Source: a virus (lineage: Duplodnaviria > Caudoviricetes). Taken from it: 48,580 nucleotides of DNA. This document shows, piece after piece, positions 9,280-18,728 of the stretch. The stretch lies in IMG/VR virus record IMGVR_UViG_3300046383_000033, positions 1 through 48,580 of that record; one strand, 5' to 3'. The translations under genes were made by a program, and so were the position numbers. The notes beneath the pieces were generated by a model that saw nothing but the letters and a program-made list of their open reading frames with translations, had not been told where the DNA came from and ran no database searches. Each line of letters starts with the position of its first letter. The first letter of the stretch is position 1.

Positions 9280-11015
9280 CACCACACCTCTGCGAGCGCA
9301 GGGGCCTCGCGCAACTTCTGCTGATACTCCATTTCCTTTTTCCACCAGCCGAACGTATTCGCGGCGGGGGAGGGTGTGTCTCGTTGCGGCGTGCCCGCGA
9401 TGAGCTGCAACACCTTCAAGCCCATGAGTGAAATCGCGCTCACAAAGTCGTCATTCGTGCCGTGTGGGAAGTGCATGAGTTCATGCTTGGCTTCCGGGAA
9501 CCACGGCGCGGCGCGCGGAAACACGACGCGTCCGGCCTGCATCAAGCCGGCGATTGACTGCGCGATGGCCTCTTTGTTTTTGTGGACGTTGATCGAATCG
9601 ATCACGACAGGGATGCCGCGCTCGATCTTTCGCTTGTGAATCCACGGGCCAATTGACTTCAGGATCGCTTCGTTTTCGGCGAACCAGAACGAGGGTTTCC
9701 AGAGCGCCACCATGTCAAGCATGGCTTCGACCGTTTGGTCAGGCGGCCGGCGATCCCAGTAGCAGTCGAGCAGCCAAAGGTACTTGTTAGGGCACACTCC
9801 GGCGATGAGCATTACGGACGCGTCGTGCTTTTTCTTGTCGGTGCCGATGGCGTGGTCGCTTGCGGCGTAGATCCGCATTTCTTCGGCCTTCGGGCGATTC
9901 GCGGCCATGTAGGTCTTGAGCCACGCGGCGCGAAAAAATGAGCCTTCTTCGGGGGAGGGCCGCTGCTGGTAAAGCGCCATGAATCCTGAGGGGTCCAATC
10001 GCTTTTGCGCTTCCAGCATGGGAAGCGGAAAGCGCTCAGGCCACAGAGCTTCACCGGGGCGGCGGCCCATCGGATCGTTGAGTTCCGCAATTGCGGGAAG
10101 GTTCAGCACCTTCCACTTCGCGGCCTCGTCGCGGTTGTATGCGGGGTTGTGCGGGTCGGTGAGCCGACCGACAATGTCGTCCTCGTTCCAGCGGGTCATC
10201 ACGAGCACGACGCACGAGCCCGCGCGCATCTGGCGGGTGAGGAAGACCTTCACAAACCACTGCCAAATTTTCTCGCGGATGGTCGGGGAGTCGGCTTCCT
10301 CCGCATCCTTTATCAAGTCGTCGGCGATGAGTAGATGGCCGCCGCGTCCGGTCGAACTACTGCCGCGTCCGACGAATGAGAGTTGTCCGTTCTGCGCGGT
10401 CTTGATGCGGTCGGAGCCCTGCGCGCCTGTCTTGAGCTTACAGTTCGGAAACACATCGAGATGGCGCGGATGGCGCAGCACGTCGCGCACGTCGCGGCCG
10501 ATGTCGCCCGCGTAATCGTCGTTGTATGTCGCGATGATGGTAGAGCGATACGGATCGCGGCCCGTGAACCACGAGGGGAAGAACTTGCTGATTTGCTGCG
10601 TCTTGCCGTGACGCGGTGGCATGGTCACGATCAACCTGGGCCACAGGCCTTTCTCCACCTGTTCGAGAGCTGCGGCTAGGATCTTGTGATGCTTCGCCAC
10701 TTCGTACAGCGACTCGGACAGATCGTCCGGGTCGTCGGGTGATGGCATCAGCAGCCGGCAGTACAGGAGAAAGTCGTCGCGTGCTTCCTTGAATACCTTC
10801 AGGCGTTGCAAGGCCTCAAGGCGCGTTCGCAGCGCCTCGATACCCTTGGCCTCGGCCTCGCCCTCAATATCGTCGGCGGGTGGCGGCTTCGCCCAAGCTG
10901 CGCTCGTAGGCTCCGGGCTGGACTGGGGCAGCTCCGGGCTTCCGTTGAGCGTTGTAAATTTTGGCAGCGCTGGCTTTCGCTTTCGCGGCAGGCTTGCCTT
11001 GTCGGATGAATTCAT
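9279..11015 (-). CDS. terL: terminase large subunit
   Basis: Walker A 'MPPRHGKT', Walker B 'LLIADD', 'VMTRW', 'ALYQQRP', nuclease 'FPHGTNDDFV'. Confidence 0.95.
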   Translation of the reverse strand: MNSSDKASLPRKRKPALPKFTTLNGSPELPQSSPEPTSAAWAKPPPADDIEGEAEAKGIEALRTRLEALQRLKVFKEARDDFLLYCRLLMPSPDDPDDLSESLYEVAKHHKILAAALEQVEKGLWPRLIVTMPPRHGKTQQISKFFPSWFTGRDPYRSTIIATYNDDYAGDIGRDVRDVLRHPRHLDVFPNCKLKTGAQGSDRIKTAQNGQLSFVGRGSSSTGRGGHLLIADDLIKDAEEADSPTIREKIWQWFVKVFLTRQMRAGSCVVLVMTRWNEDDIVGRLTDPHNPAYNRDEAAKWKVLNLPAIAELNDPMGRRPGEALWPERFPLPMLEAQKRLDPSGFMALYQQRPSPEEGSFFRAAWLKTYMAANRPKAEEMRIYAASDHAIGTDKKKHDASVMLIAGVCPNKYLWLLDCYWDRRPPDQTVEAMLDMVALWKPSFWFAENEAILKSIGPWIHKRKIERGIPVVIDSINVHKNKEAIAQSIAGLMQAGRVVFPRAAPWFPEAKHELMHFPHGTNDDFVSAISLMGLKVLQLIAGTPQRDTPSPAANTFGWWKKEMEYQQKLREAPALAEVW

Positions 11016-11055
11016 CTCGTAGTCTCAGGTACTTCTCAGGCATCTCTCATCGCTC

Positions 11056-11328
11056 CTATTTCGAGGGGCCGATCCCCTTCCTCCGCGTGCCGGGGTCGAG
11101 CCGCGAGGCTTGCAGGTCCGTCACGCTTCCGTTCTTGCGAACGCTGGAGGAAGGGGTCGGCGTTTCTTGCTTTTCTCGGGGAGTAAAAATGTCGCGACAG
11201 CTCGCGAAGATGCAGACAACGACGGTGAAGCTGCCGCGCTTCGGCTCATCCTCGTCGGCGCGTGGGAGGTGGTGAATCGCACACCCGCACATCGCGACCA
11301 TGGCGAGCAGCGCGGCGAGCGTCTTCAT
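11056..11328 (-). CDS. small lipoprotein (spanin-like or exclusion lipoprotein)
   Basis: Signal peptide with lipobox-like 'MKTLAALLAMVAMCGC'. Confidence 0.55.
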   Translation of the reverse strand: MKTLAALLAMVAMCGCAIHHLPRADEDEPKRGSFTVVVCIFASCRDIFTPREKQETPTPSSSVRKNGSVTDLQASRLDPGTRRKGIGPSK

Positions 11329-11549
11329 CGTTCGTCCACCTTCGGCTGCGGCGGCGACTCCAAGGTCACGGGCGGCGCGAGGATCACCTGTCCGCTGGCA
11401 ATCGCCTGCAACATGCCGACCGCCATGTCATACGCCTCACGCTGCGCGCGGGTATGCGCTACCGCTTCGAGGAATTGCATGGCGAACGCAGCCGCTTGCT
11501 GCGGGTTCACGCTGATCGTCTGCGGTTGCTTGTCGTGTCCGTTTTGCAT
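11325..11549 (-). CDS. hypothetical protein
   Basis: Coupled to neighbours (ATGA overlap at 11325-11328). Confidence 0.6.
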   Translation of the reverse strand: MQNGHDKQPQTISVNPQQAAAFAMQFLEAVAHTRAQREAYDMAVGMLQAIASGQVILAPPVTLESPPQPKVDER

Positions 11550-11555
11550 ATCGAA

Positions 11556-12185
11556 CTACCCCACGTGGAATAAAAGCCGGTAACTTTCGCCGTTCAGAAA
11601 ATTCGCGGACGCAATTGGGAATATCCAAAAGCGCTCAAACAAACTTCCGCCCACATTGCCCGTGCCAGTCGTGCCGGCTGAGGTGCGATTGAGCGAGCGA
11701 ATGACAGTCGCGCCGGCCGAGTCGGTGAACACGCCGCGTATCTGGACGCTTATCCAGACGGTGTCATCGTTGGCCGGAGCCGCGCCGTCCGCCAACAGGC
11801 TCATACGAACTTCCGTTCCGTTGAGCGTTGTCAGCCGTCCGACGCGTGAAGTGGGAAGGTTGCGATCCGACAGACTGCCGTAGAAAGTAGCGGTGTATTC
11901 CGAAGCGGCGTAACCGACCGATGTGCCTGACTGCACAGCGCCGAGCGTGCGATCACCGAACAGCGCGTTGATGTCCATGAAAAGTTGCGCGAGGTCGGCG
12001 GAGTGCGTGCCGGAGACAAAACCGGTGTTCGCAACCTGGGGGGTGCCGGCGCGCGGCTCGAAGAGCTGCGACAAGTCGGTTGATGCGCCCCGGCGAAAGC
12101 CCGTGTCTGTAATTGCCGCGCTCGTGCGAGCCTTGAAAATCGTGTCAAGGTCGCCGCGCCCGGTGACGATGTAACCGGTTGTCAT
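11556..12185 (-). CDS. putative tail-fibre tip/adhesin protein
   Basis: Start overlaps the fibre stop (TAATG); repeated N-terminal 'TG...DL..xF' units and a beta-rich C-terminus. Confidence 0.55.
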   Translation of the reverse strand: MTTGYIVTGRGDLDTIFKARTSAAITDTGFRRGASTDLSQLFEPRAGTPQVANTGFVSGTHSADLAQLFMDINALFGDRTLGAVQSGTSVGYAASEYTATFYGSLSDRNLPTSRVGRLTTLNGTEVRMSLLADGAAPANDDTVWISVQIRGVFTDSAGATVIRSLNRTSAGTTGTGNVGGSLFERFWIFPIASANFLNGESYRLLFHVG

Positions 12186-14698
12186 TACGCGGCCTGCCTT
12201 TCGTCCTGCCATGCGGCGAGTAGCAGGAGCGCAAGCCGGTCATAGGCGACGGCCTTACCGTCCGAGAGCTGCGGACATACCTCGTGAACTTCTTCGGCGA
12301 TGAGGCCTAACTGTTCGCGGTCGTCGCCGGCCAGCAGCCGATACAAAATCGGCCGCAGCCGCGCGAGGATCGAGGCCGCATACTTCGGTGCGCCAGTCTC
12401 GCGCTTGATGGCGCGCGAGGACCCTGTAGTGAACCCCACGGAGAAGACGCCCGCCGATGTCATGCGGGTTGCCGCAAAGCCCCCGGTTGAAAAATCGATG
12501 GTGCTCGCGAGCGGACGCGAGATGCCAGTAGTTTGATCGTTGAGGAAGCGAATGCTGGGGGCACCTGCCACGCCGTCATCGGCGAAAATGCTTTTGCCGC
12601 TGGGCATGAGAATCCCGGCTCCGCGTATCAGCGCTGCTGTGACCCCAACCGCTGCAAACGCAATGCTGCCGGCCGAGTCGCGGAACATGCCGGTGCTGCC
12701 GTCGCCGTAGAAGGAATAATCTGGCTGTGAAGCGCCAGCGCCTAATCCCCCGAGAACCTGAACCGTTGGGACAACTCCACCAGGGAGCATCAACATTACT
12801 TGTGTACTGCCGCACGAAAAATTTAGCTGGTTCTCCCCGCCACGGAACATTCCGGTGTCGGTGTCATTTTCAAATGAGTACGACGGGCTTGCGGCTCCAA
12901 GGTCTGGGGCCCATATGCGAGTACGGACGTACAGCGAGCCGGTACTCATGACGACTCGATCTACCCCGCCCACCGAAAAATTCATGAACCCGGCTCCACC
13001 CCTGTAGATGCCGGTGTTGGCCTCGGCACTGAACGAGTAGGCGGGCGCGGCGGCAGTGCCATTCGATGCGCGAAACACGCCACCCGCCGTCACCGTGCCA
13101 GTGCCGAGGAAGTTGTACGCCGGGTTGTCTGTTGCGTTACCAAATGCGACGACAGAGATGGCCGTTGCATTGCGGTCTACGTCGAGGATGTTTGACGCGG
13201 CCGAGTACGCATCATTGACGGCCCGCAGGGCGAGGTGGCCGGTCGTGCCCGCCTGTAAATCCCAGCGGCGTTCATTCACCGGAGCGGCAGCGGAGTAAGC
13301 CGAGACATAGGCGTCACCGGCCGCCTGACCGAGTTGAACACCGGGCGCGGCAAACGCGATGCTTATTGGCCCGACAAAAAAATGTGTGCCGGTCCACGTC
13401 GGCGAGATGGACTGATCGAGTGCATGTCGCGCATCGGAACGCGCGGCGGTTGTACTCACGCCGTTGACAGCCGCAAGACCGATGAGCCCGGTCGGGTCCG
13501 CGAGTGGCGGCTGCGGGCCGGGCGGGCCTACCGCGCCATCAGCGCCGTTCGCGCCGGCCGGGATTGTTAGGCTGAGCGTCTGGTTAGGCGCGGCTCCCGT
13601 GATCGATGCGCTTGCCGCAGAACCCGGCGCGCCCGTGGTGACGGTGCCAATGTTCAACGTGTTGGCGGGACCTGGGGCACCCGTCGCGCCAGTCGCACCC
13701 GTCGCGCCAGTCGCACCCGTCGCGCCCGGTTCAATGACAAGGTTGAGCACCTGATTCGGCGCGGTGCCGGTGATGGTGGCGCTCGATGGCGTGCCAGTCG
13801 TAACCGTGCCGATTGTGAGCGTGTTCGCCGGCCCCGGAGGTCCGGGCCCGCCGGAGATGAGCGTCCAGCTTGCGGGGTCAGAAGGGTCTGACGGATCAGT
13901 CAGCGCGTATTCGAGTGGCGGCGCTCCCCACGTCGCGAACACTTGGCCAAGCGGCAGCTCGTTGCCGGGTATCGCGTCCCACTCATCGAACGCCGCGCCG
14001 ATGTCGGCCTGTCCGCTGCCGAGGTCGATGTGACTGACGCTGTTGTACTCGCGTGCGCGGATCGCCCACCACTTCGAGGAGAACATTCCGTCATCGACCG
14101 CTTCGGGCCAGCCGGGAGGCGCTGGCATCACCGGCCCTTCGAGCTTCTCCGCCCAATCGAATGCGAGCGCTTCATGCAATCCGGCTTCGTTGCGAAAGCC
14201 CTGCGCCTCGTTCGCCGCGTTGGTCGCGGCCACGGCCGCATCGTCGGCGTCGTCGCGGAACCCTTCCGCCTGCGTGGCCGCGCCCTGCGCAATGCCTTGA
14301 GACACGCCAGCCTGGGCGGCGGCTCCCGCCGCGTTGTTCTCGCTCGTCAGCGCAGCGGAAGCGGACGCGGAGGCGGAGGTGGCAGAACCCGCCGCAGCAC
14401 TTGCACTTGCCGCAGCCGCATCAGCGGCGGCTTCCGCGTCCGCAGTGATCCCATCGGCGATGCCATCGAAAATGCCGTCTTGGAGCTGGTCTTCGCCAAC
14501 ACAATCGTTGGCGAGCTGGCCGTCCGCGCGCTGGATGAGGGCAAGGTTCGCCTGCGTCGCGGTGAGCGCGTTCGAGACGTTGTCGTATTCGGTGTCGAGT
14601 TCATCGCCCGGCTTCGGTTCGCCGGGGAAGTTAGTCTCGAAATCCGTGAACGAAAACGTCCGCGTATAGGCCGGAGGATACGCCATGAATCGCTCCAC
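12185..14698 (-). CDS. tail fibre with collagen-like repeats and C-terminal intramolecular chaperone (peptidase S74-like)
   Basis: Ala/Ser stalk, (GAT)n Gly-X-Y repeats, repeated 'P.YSF..d.dTG.F' units, C-terminal 'SSRAIKRE...LRPILYR...LGLIAEEV'. Confidence 0.85.
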   Translation of the reverse strand: MERFMAYPPAYTRTFSFTDFETNFPGEPKPGDELDTEYDNVSNALTATQANLALIQRADGQLANDCVGEDQLQDGIFDGIADGITADAEAAADAAAASASAAAGSATSASASASAALTSENNAAGAAAQAGVSQGIAQGAATQAEGFRDDADDAAVAATNAANEAQGFRNEAGLHEALAFDWAEKLEGPVMPAPPGWPEAVDDGMFSSKWWAIRAREYNSVSHIDLGSGQADIGAAFDEWDAIPGNELPLGQVFATWGAPPLEYALTDPSDPSDPASWTLISGGPGPPGPANTLTIGTVTTGTPSSATITGTAPNQVLNLVIEPGATGATGATGATGATGAPGPANTLNIGTVTTGAPGSAASASITGAAPNQTLSLTIPAGANGADGAVGPPGPQPPLADPTGLIGLAAVNGVSTTAARSDARHALDQSISPTWTGTHFFVGPISIAFAAPGVQLGQAAGDAYVSAYSAAAPVNERRWDLQAGTTGHLALRAVNDAYSAASNILDVDRNATAISVVAFGNATDNPAYNFLGTGTVTAGGVFRASNGTAAAPAYSFSAEANTGIYRGGAGFMNFSVGGVDRVVMSTGSLYVRTRIWAPDLGAASPSYSFENDTDTGMFRGGENQLNFSCGSTQVMLMLPGGVVPTVQVLGGLGAGASQPDYSFYGDGSTGMFRDSAGSIAFAAVGVTAALIRGAGILMPSGKSIFADDGVAGAPSIRFLNDQTTGISRPLASTIDFSTGGFAATRMTSAGVFSVGFTTGSSRAIKRETGAPKYAASILARLRPILYRLLAGDDREQLGLIAEEVHEVCPQLSDGKAVAYDRLALLLLAAWQDERQAA
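13677..13726 (-). repeat. 18-bp tandem repeat encoding the collagen-like (GAT)n segment
   Basis: GCACCCGTCGCGCCAGTC repeated about 2.8 times. Confidence 0.8.
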
Positions 14699-14771
14699 CC
14701 CACACCAGACACCTGAGCCCCGGCGCGGAAGGTACTCCGAGCGGGGGACAGGTGTCTACAGCGCGCTGTCG

Positions 14772-15044
14772 TCACCAGTAGTACAGGTGCGGCTTCTTGC
14801 CATCCGGCCAGCGCCACTCGTCGGCGTCGCGGCCGAGGGTAACGAGGCGGCAGAGCTGGTTCGCGCGACCGCGCGCCGGGCGCGTCATCATTTCGCGAAT
14901 CCAACGGCCGGGCTCGTTCATCAGGAGTTTGGAAAAGTCGCGCCATGGGCGCTCGCAGTGCCAGCCGAAGTAGTTCGCCGCGAGAATGCGGGTACGGCGG
15001 GCCTTCGCCACTGCGTCATAGTGGCGGTTCAATGCACGGGACAT
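14772..15044 (-). CDS. hypothetical basic Trp-rich protein
   Basis: ATG with GAGGTG RBS. Confidence 0.6.
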   Translation of the reverse strand: MSRALNRHYDAVAKARRTRILAANYFGWHCERPWRDFSKLLMNEPGRWIREMMTRPARGRANQLCRLVTLGRDADEWRWPDGKKPHLYYW

Positions 15045-15065
15045 AGATCACCTCGTTTGAAGTAC

Positions 15066-15437
15066 CTATGTCACGGGCGCGGTCTCCCCGCTGGCCGCCA
15101 CGGCCGGCGTTTCTGCGGGCGGCGCAGTCGGCGCGCCGAAAATGTCGCGGGCGTTGTCGGGGTCGTTCGCTTCCATCACTTGCTGGCAGCGGCACAGCTT
15201 CGCTTCCAGCTCCATGACGGTCGCAACAGCGTCCCTGAGCGCGGCGTCTTTGGCATTGCCACCCATACGCATCCCTGTCGCCAGCAACACCTGGGCGACG
15301 ATTTGGACGCTGGTGTACGCGTCGCTTGCAATCTGCTCAAGGCGTTCCTTCAGGTCTAGATCCATCGTCAGCGTCACGACCTGGCTGGACTTAGAAGTGC
15401 TTGTTTTCCTGCTCGCCTTCTTCTTCGTCTTTTTCAT
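15066..15437 (-). CDS. hypothetical protein, possible ribbon-helix-helix N-terminus
   Basis: 'VVTLTMDLDLKERLEQIA' RHH-like; C-terminal motif shared with 18682..19098. Confidence 0.5.
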   Translation of the reverse strand: MKKTKKKASRKTSTSKSSQVVTLTMDLDLKERLEQIASDAYTSVQIVAQVLLATGMRMGGNAKDAALRDAVATVMELEAKLCRCQQVMEANDPDNARDIFGAPTAPPAETPAVAASGETAPVT

Positions 15438-15744
15438 CTGGTGTTGCCTCGCGTAAATCGTCAGACCGCTGGCCGCCATCGGAGGGGCCCTCGGCCATTG
15501 CTTTCTCCATCTCCTCATCGATTTCCCTCTTGTCGTCGTCCGACAACCACAGGTCGATGCTCGAATCCAAGTGACTCGCCACAGCGTCGCACCACTCGGC
15601 ATAGGGTCCGGTGTGGTCGGCAACGTCACTAATCAGCCAGTACGCGTCATAGTGGCTTTCCATGTGGCTCGCCACTTCGCCGATGGTAGATAGTCCCATC
15701 ACATAGCCGGCTTCGGCCATCCATTTCAGGGAATACGGCGGCAT
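15391..15744 (-). CDS. hypothetical acidic protein
   Basis: ORF in tightly packed operon. Confidence 0.5.
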   Translation of the reverse strand: MPPYSLKWMAEAGYVMGLSTIGEVASHMESHYDAYWLISDVADHTGPYAEWCDAVASHLDSSIDLWLSDDDKREIDEEMEKAMAEGPSDGGQRSDDLREATPDEKDEEEGEQENKHF

Positions 15745-16094
15745 TTTCTCTCTTTGATGATTCGTTCCCAGAACAATGCCTCACGAGTGTTGCCGTCTTC
15801 CTGCGCCCATCGCAGGAGGCAGTAGTGGCATGCCCATTCGCCGGCTTCCTCGGGCTCCAGCTCCTCGACCGACAGGTCCCGGCCGCAGAAATTACACTTA
15901 CTCGGCACGTAACCGCGAATCATCGCGATGTCGGCCTTGCTGATCTCGAAAGGAAAATTGGCGCGCTCGTACTCCTGCAACTCATCCACGAGGGAAAGGA
16001 GCAACAAACCCTCGGGACTATTCGCGTCAGGATCGAGCGCGCACAGTTCTTCCGCGCGCGCGAGCTTCGATTTGTACTCTGATTCCGTGAGCAT
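15726..16094 (-). CDS. HigA-antitoxin-like N-terminal domain fused to a Zn ribbon
   Basis: 'ESEYKSKLARAEEL...SPEG..L..LVDELQEYERANFP' followed by CxxC...CxxC. Confidence 0.55.
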   Translation of the reverse strand: MLTESEYKSKLARAEELCALDPDANSPEGLLLLSLVDELQEYERANFPFEISKADIAMIRGYVPSKCNFCGRDLSVEELEPEEAGEWACHYCLLRWAQEDGNTREALFWERIIKERKCRRIP

Positions 16095-16124
16095 GGACCC
16101 GCTTACGCCCCTGGTGTGCGGAAA

Positions 16125-16316
16125 CTATCTAGTGAGCCCGGCCGCGTCGTACTTCTTCGAGCCGGGCAGGGCCGACGCGTAGTTGACGAGGGAGGCCGTG
16201 GAGGAGCCCATGGCCTGCGTATCACTGCGCATCCGCATACGTTCCTGCAACGCCTTCAAGTCCTCCGGCCCGCCAGTTTGTTGCCGCAACGCCTGAACAT
16301 TGGCGCGCGGCTTCAT
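16125..16316 (-). CDS. hypothetical protein
   Basis: ATGA overlap with upstream gene. Confidence 0.4.
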   Translation of the reverse strand: MKPRANVQALRQQTGGPEDLKALQERMRMRSDTQAMGSSTASLVNYASALPGSKKYDAAGLTR

Positions 16317-16516
16317 GCAAAAGGGCGAACCAGTACCTCCATGCGTGAGCGGTCAAGGTCGCGTGGTGCCTCGCCATCCATGACGGCGGCAATCGCCGCT
16401 GACTGATCGTCGTTGGCGACGACGGGTTTTGGGCCAAAGACAAGCCTCTCGGATTCGCCATCCTCGGCGGCCTTCTTCGTGGGTTTCTGCAAGATTGCAA
16501 CTTCAAATAACGGCAT
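16313..16516 (-). CDS. small conserved-type phage protein
   Basis: GAGG RBS; compact alpha/beta pattern 'LFEVAIL...EVLVRPF'. Confidence 0.7.
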   Translation of the reverse strand: MPLFEVAILQKPTKKAAEDGESERLVFGPKPVVANDDQSAAIAAVMDGEAPRDLDRSRMEVLVRPFA

Positions 16517-16531
16517 ACATGCCTCGCTTTG

Positions 16532-17077
16532 TTAGGACGTTCCTTCGCTCTGTCGATTTTTGCGCTTACCTCGCAGCGCTTGCAAAATTCCTTGTTCGTG
16601 CTCGACCTTTTTGCGCTGGTATCCGGGTATCTCAACCGACTGGAACGTGAGCCGCTTGGGGTCTTCGGGGTCTGGCAACAGCGTCGATCCTGACGCGCAG
16701 TCGTGGAGGAAATGCCCGAGGCGCTGGATGTAGTCGATATACCATGAGTGTTCTGGCTCGTTCGTGCCCTCATCCTCTTGTGAGGAAGCGAAGTAGCCCA
16801 CGATCTTGTAGTCGCAGCCGTCCGGCGTGAACTGCCACACGCAGACCGCGTACTTGCCGCCACGGTGGTTGCTTTCATTTTCGGCGAGCGCCAACGCCTT
16901 GGTCATATCGAGCCCGGCGTAGACGTAGTACCAGTGATTATTGGTCTCGCCCCAGCGGTATGCCACCGCGAGGTAGATAGGAACCGGCGAGCCGACTACC
17001 ACTCGGCCGTGCGCCGCATCTTCAGGTACTTGAGCGTCTGGGAGCTCGGAAGAGCTGGGGTCGAAGTTAGGTGCCAT
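16532..17077 (-). CDS. hypothetical protein
   Basis: Aromatic-rich globular sequence; start uncertain. Confidence 0.6.
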   Translation of the reverse strand: MAPNFDPSSSELPDAQVPEDAAHGRVVVGSPVPIYLAVAYRWGETNNHWYYVYAGLDMTKALALAENESNHRGGKYAVCVWQFTPDGCDYKIVGYFASSQEDEGTNEPEHSWYIDYIQRLGHFLHDCASGSTLLPDPEDPKRLTFQSVEIPGYQRKKVEHEQGILQALRGKRKNRQSEGTS

Positions 17078-17220
17078 TGGTGACATTCCTCGCATCGGTA
17101 CACACGCAAAATCACGTCTCGCTGCCGGCCCATCTGGTTGCGCGCGGCGCGGTAGGCCGCCGCATGACTGTAGTAGCCGCGCTTGGCGGAGCTGCACTTG
17201 GTCAGGATCGTTTCGTCCAC
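16996..17220 (-). CDS. small Zn-binding phage protein
   Basis: 'C..KRGY...A...RVYRCEECHQWHLTS' motif common in phage proteins. Confidence 0.65.
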   Translation of the reverse strand: MDETILTKCSSAKRGYYSHAAAYRAARNQMGRQRDVILRVYRCEECHQWHLTSTPALPSSQTLKYLKMRRTAEW

Positions 17221-17348
17221 AAGTAGGTCTCAACAATGGCGCGGTAATGAATGAGCCCGCGCGCCGTCCCCCATTTCCTTTTTGAGCCGATGAGGTGCGC
17301 GCGATAACAGCGCCGCACGTGTAGTTTGTCCGGGTGAGGGTGCATGGT

Positions 17349-17732
17349 TCACACCGGCTCACTCAATCGCGGCGCGGTCGCGAACCGATAACAGGTATCG
17401 CACACGATGATGTTCGGCAGGTCGTCGTGCTGCTTGGCCGGCGGCCATTTGATCGAATGCTTCTCGCAGACGAAACAGGCCGGCTGGCTCTTCGCGATGA
17501 TCCCGTGCCGGCGAAAAAATGCAGACAAGCGCAGGTAGCTCCAGAGCGGATTGCCGACCGCCGCGAGCTGCTGGGCGTACTCATCGAGTGCCTGGGCGAT
17601 GGTGATCGCCTCCTCGTTGTTCAGCTTCACGCTGCCCGGCCCTTGGGTGTATGGCGGTTCGTCGGTCAAGGTGGCCTGCGAGCGAATGAAGCGGGCGAGG
17701 CCGGTCAGTCGTTGCGGGTCAAGGCTGCTCAT
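17349..17732 (-). CDS. hypothetical Zn-finger protein
   Basis: CxxC...CxxC; ATGA coupling. Confidence 0.55.
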   Translation of the reverse strand: MSSLDPQRLTGLARFIRSQATLTDEPPYTQGPGSVKLNNEEAITIAQALDEYAQQLAAVGNPLWSYLRLSAFFRRHGIIAKSQPACFVCEKHSIKWPPAKQHDDLPNIIVCDTCYRFATAPRLSEPV

Positions 17733-18040
17733 TGTTTCCAGCTCCGGGGTACGTGTGGTTCCCATTCCAGTTGCATCGCGTGCTTTTCCATCCAGTCATT
17801 GATTTCCTGCGCGATGAGGCCGTTCAGAAACGCGACGCACTGCGGGCCGTAAGTTTCAGCGGCGCGCTCGAAGTGTTCACGCGCTTTCAGGGCGAGCGCC
17901 GCTCCGGCATAGAACGCGGCTTCCGTGAGCAGCGCATTCGGCAGTCTCGCCTGTTCCTTGAATGACTGGAATCCCGAGTCAATGAAGTCGGCGGTTTCTG
18001 TGAGTGCTCGGACGTTTTTCTGGTCTTCGTGGATCAACAT
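17729..18040 (-). CDS. hypothetical protein
   Basis: GGAG RBS; 'AAFYAGA' motif typical of small phage proteins. Confidence 0.6.
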   Translation of the reverse strand: MLIHEDQKNVRALTETADFIDSGFQSFKEQARLPNALLTEAAFYAGAALALKAREHFERAAETYGPQCVAFLNGLIAQEINDWMEKHAMQLEWEPHVPRSWKQ

Positions 18041-18042
18041 GG

Positions 18043-18264
18043 CTACTCCCGTGGGACGTACCCCTTGCCGTTCATGCGACGCTCGAAGATCGCACGCGCG
18101 CGTGCGACGGCCGAGGGCTTGAAGAGCCGCCGGCCGTCCTCGGTGCGCGAACAATCGAGCAAGCCGTTCTTCACATACAGGCGCACGGTGGCCGGGCTGA
18201 TACCGGCTTTGCGGGCGAGGCTGCCCGTCGTCTCCACCGCGATTTCTTTGTTGTCGTCGGTCAT
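18043..18264 (-). CDS. MerR-family HTH DNA-binding protein
   Basis: 'TTGSLARKAGISPATVRLYVKNGLL...RTEDGRRLF'. Confidence 0.85.
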   Translation of the reverse strand: MTDDNKEIAVETTGSLARKAGISPATVRLYVKNGLLDCSRTEDGRRLFKPSAVARARAIFERRMNGKGYVPRE

Positions 18265-18728
18265 GCGCGCACACCCTCAGAGCGCTCAGGCGCTTCGCCC
18301 GCCGCTTGAAACTCGGTCTCCGCCGCCTCCTCCTCCTCGTCGGCCGACTCGGCTTGTGCGGGAAGGGCAGGGGCGGGCACGGGCGGGATGATTTCCATCC
18401 AGTGTGTGATCCACTCGGCGTGCGCGAAGGAAACGAACTCATCGGTGTGATAGTCGTGCGCGGCGAAGCGGCCCGCGAGCACCATGCCGTAGCGATACAC
18501 GCCGTTCTTCAAGCGCACCAGGACGAGCTTGCCTTCGGCGGGCGTGCCCTCATCGACGCTGTAGAAACACATCACGGGGCGCGCGACGTACTCGTTGATC
18601 CCTTGGAGCGTGTCCTTCATGCTTTCACGCAATCGCTTTGGCAGCTTGTAGACCTTCTCCTTTTTCGCCGTCCGTGCGTTTTTAGACCGTGCCCGAAGGC
18701 CCGGACGTTTGCCTCGCTTGCTCGCCAT
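18261..18728 (-). CDS. DUF551-like protein
   Basis: 'SVDEGTP...VLV...ITHWMEI.PP'; GGAG RBS. Confidence 0.65.
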   Translation of the reverse strand: MASKRGKRPGLRARSKNARTAKKEKVYKLPKRLRESMKDTLQGINEYVARPVMCFYSVDEGTPAEGKLVLVRLKNGVYRYGMVLAGRFAAHDYHTDEFVSFAHAEWITHWMEIIPPVPAPALPAQAESADEEEEAAETEFQAAGEAPERSEGVRA

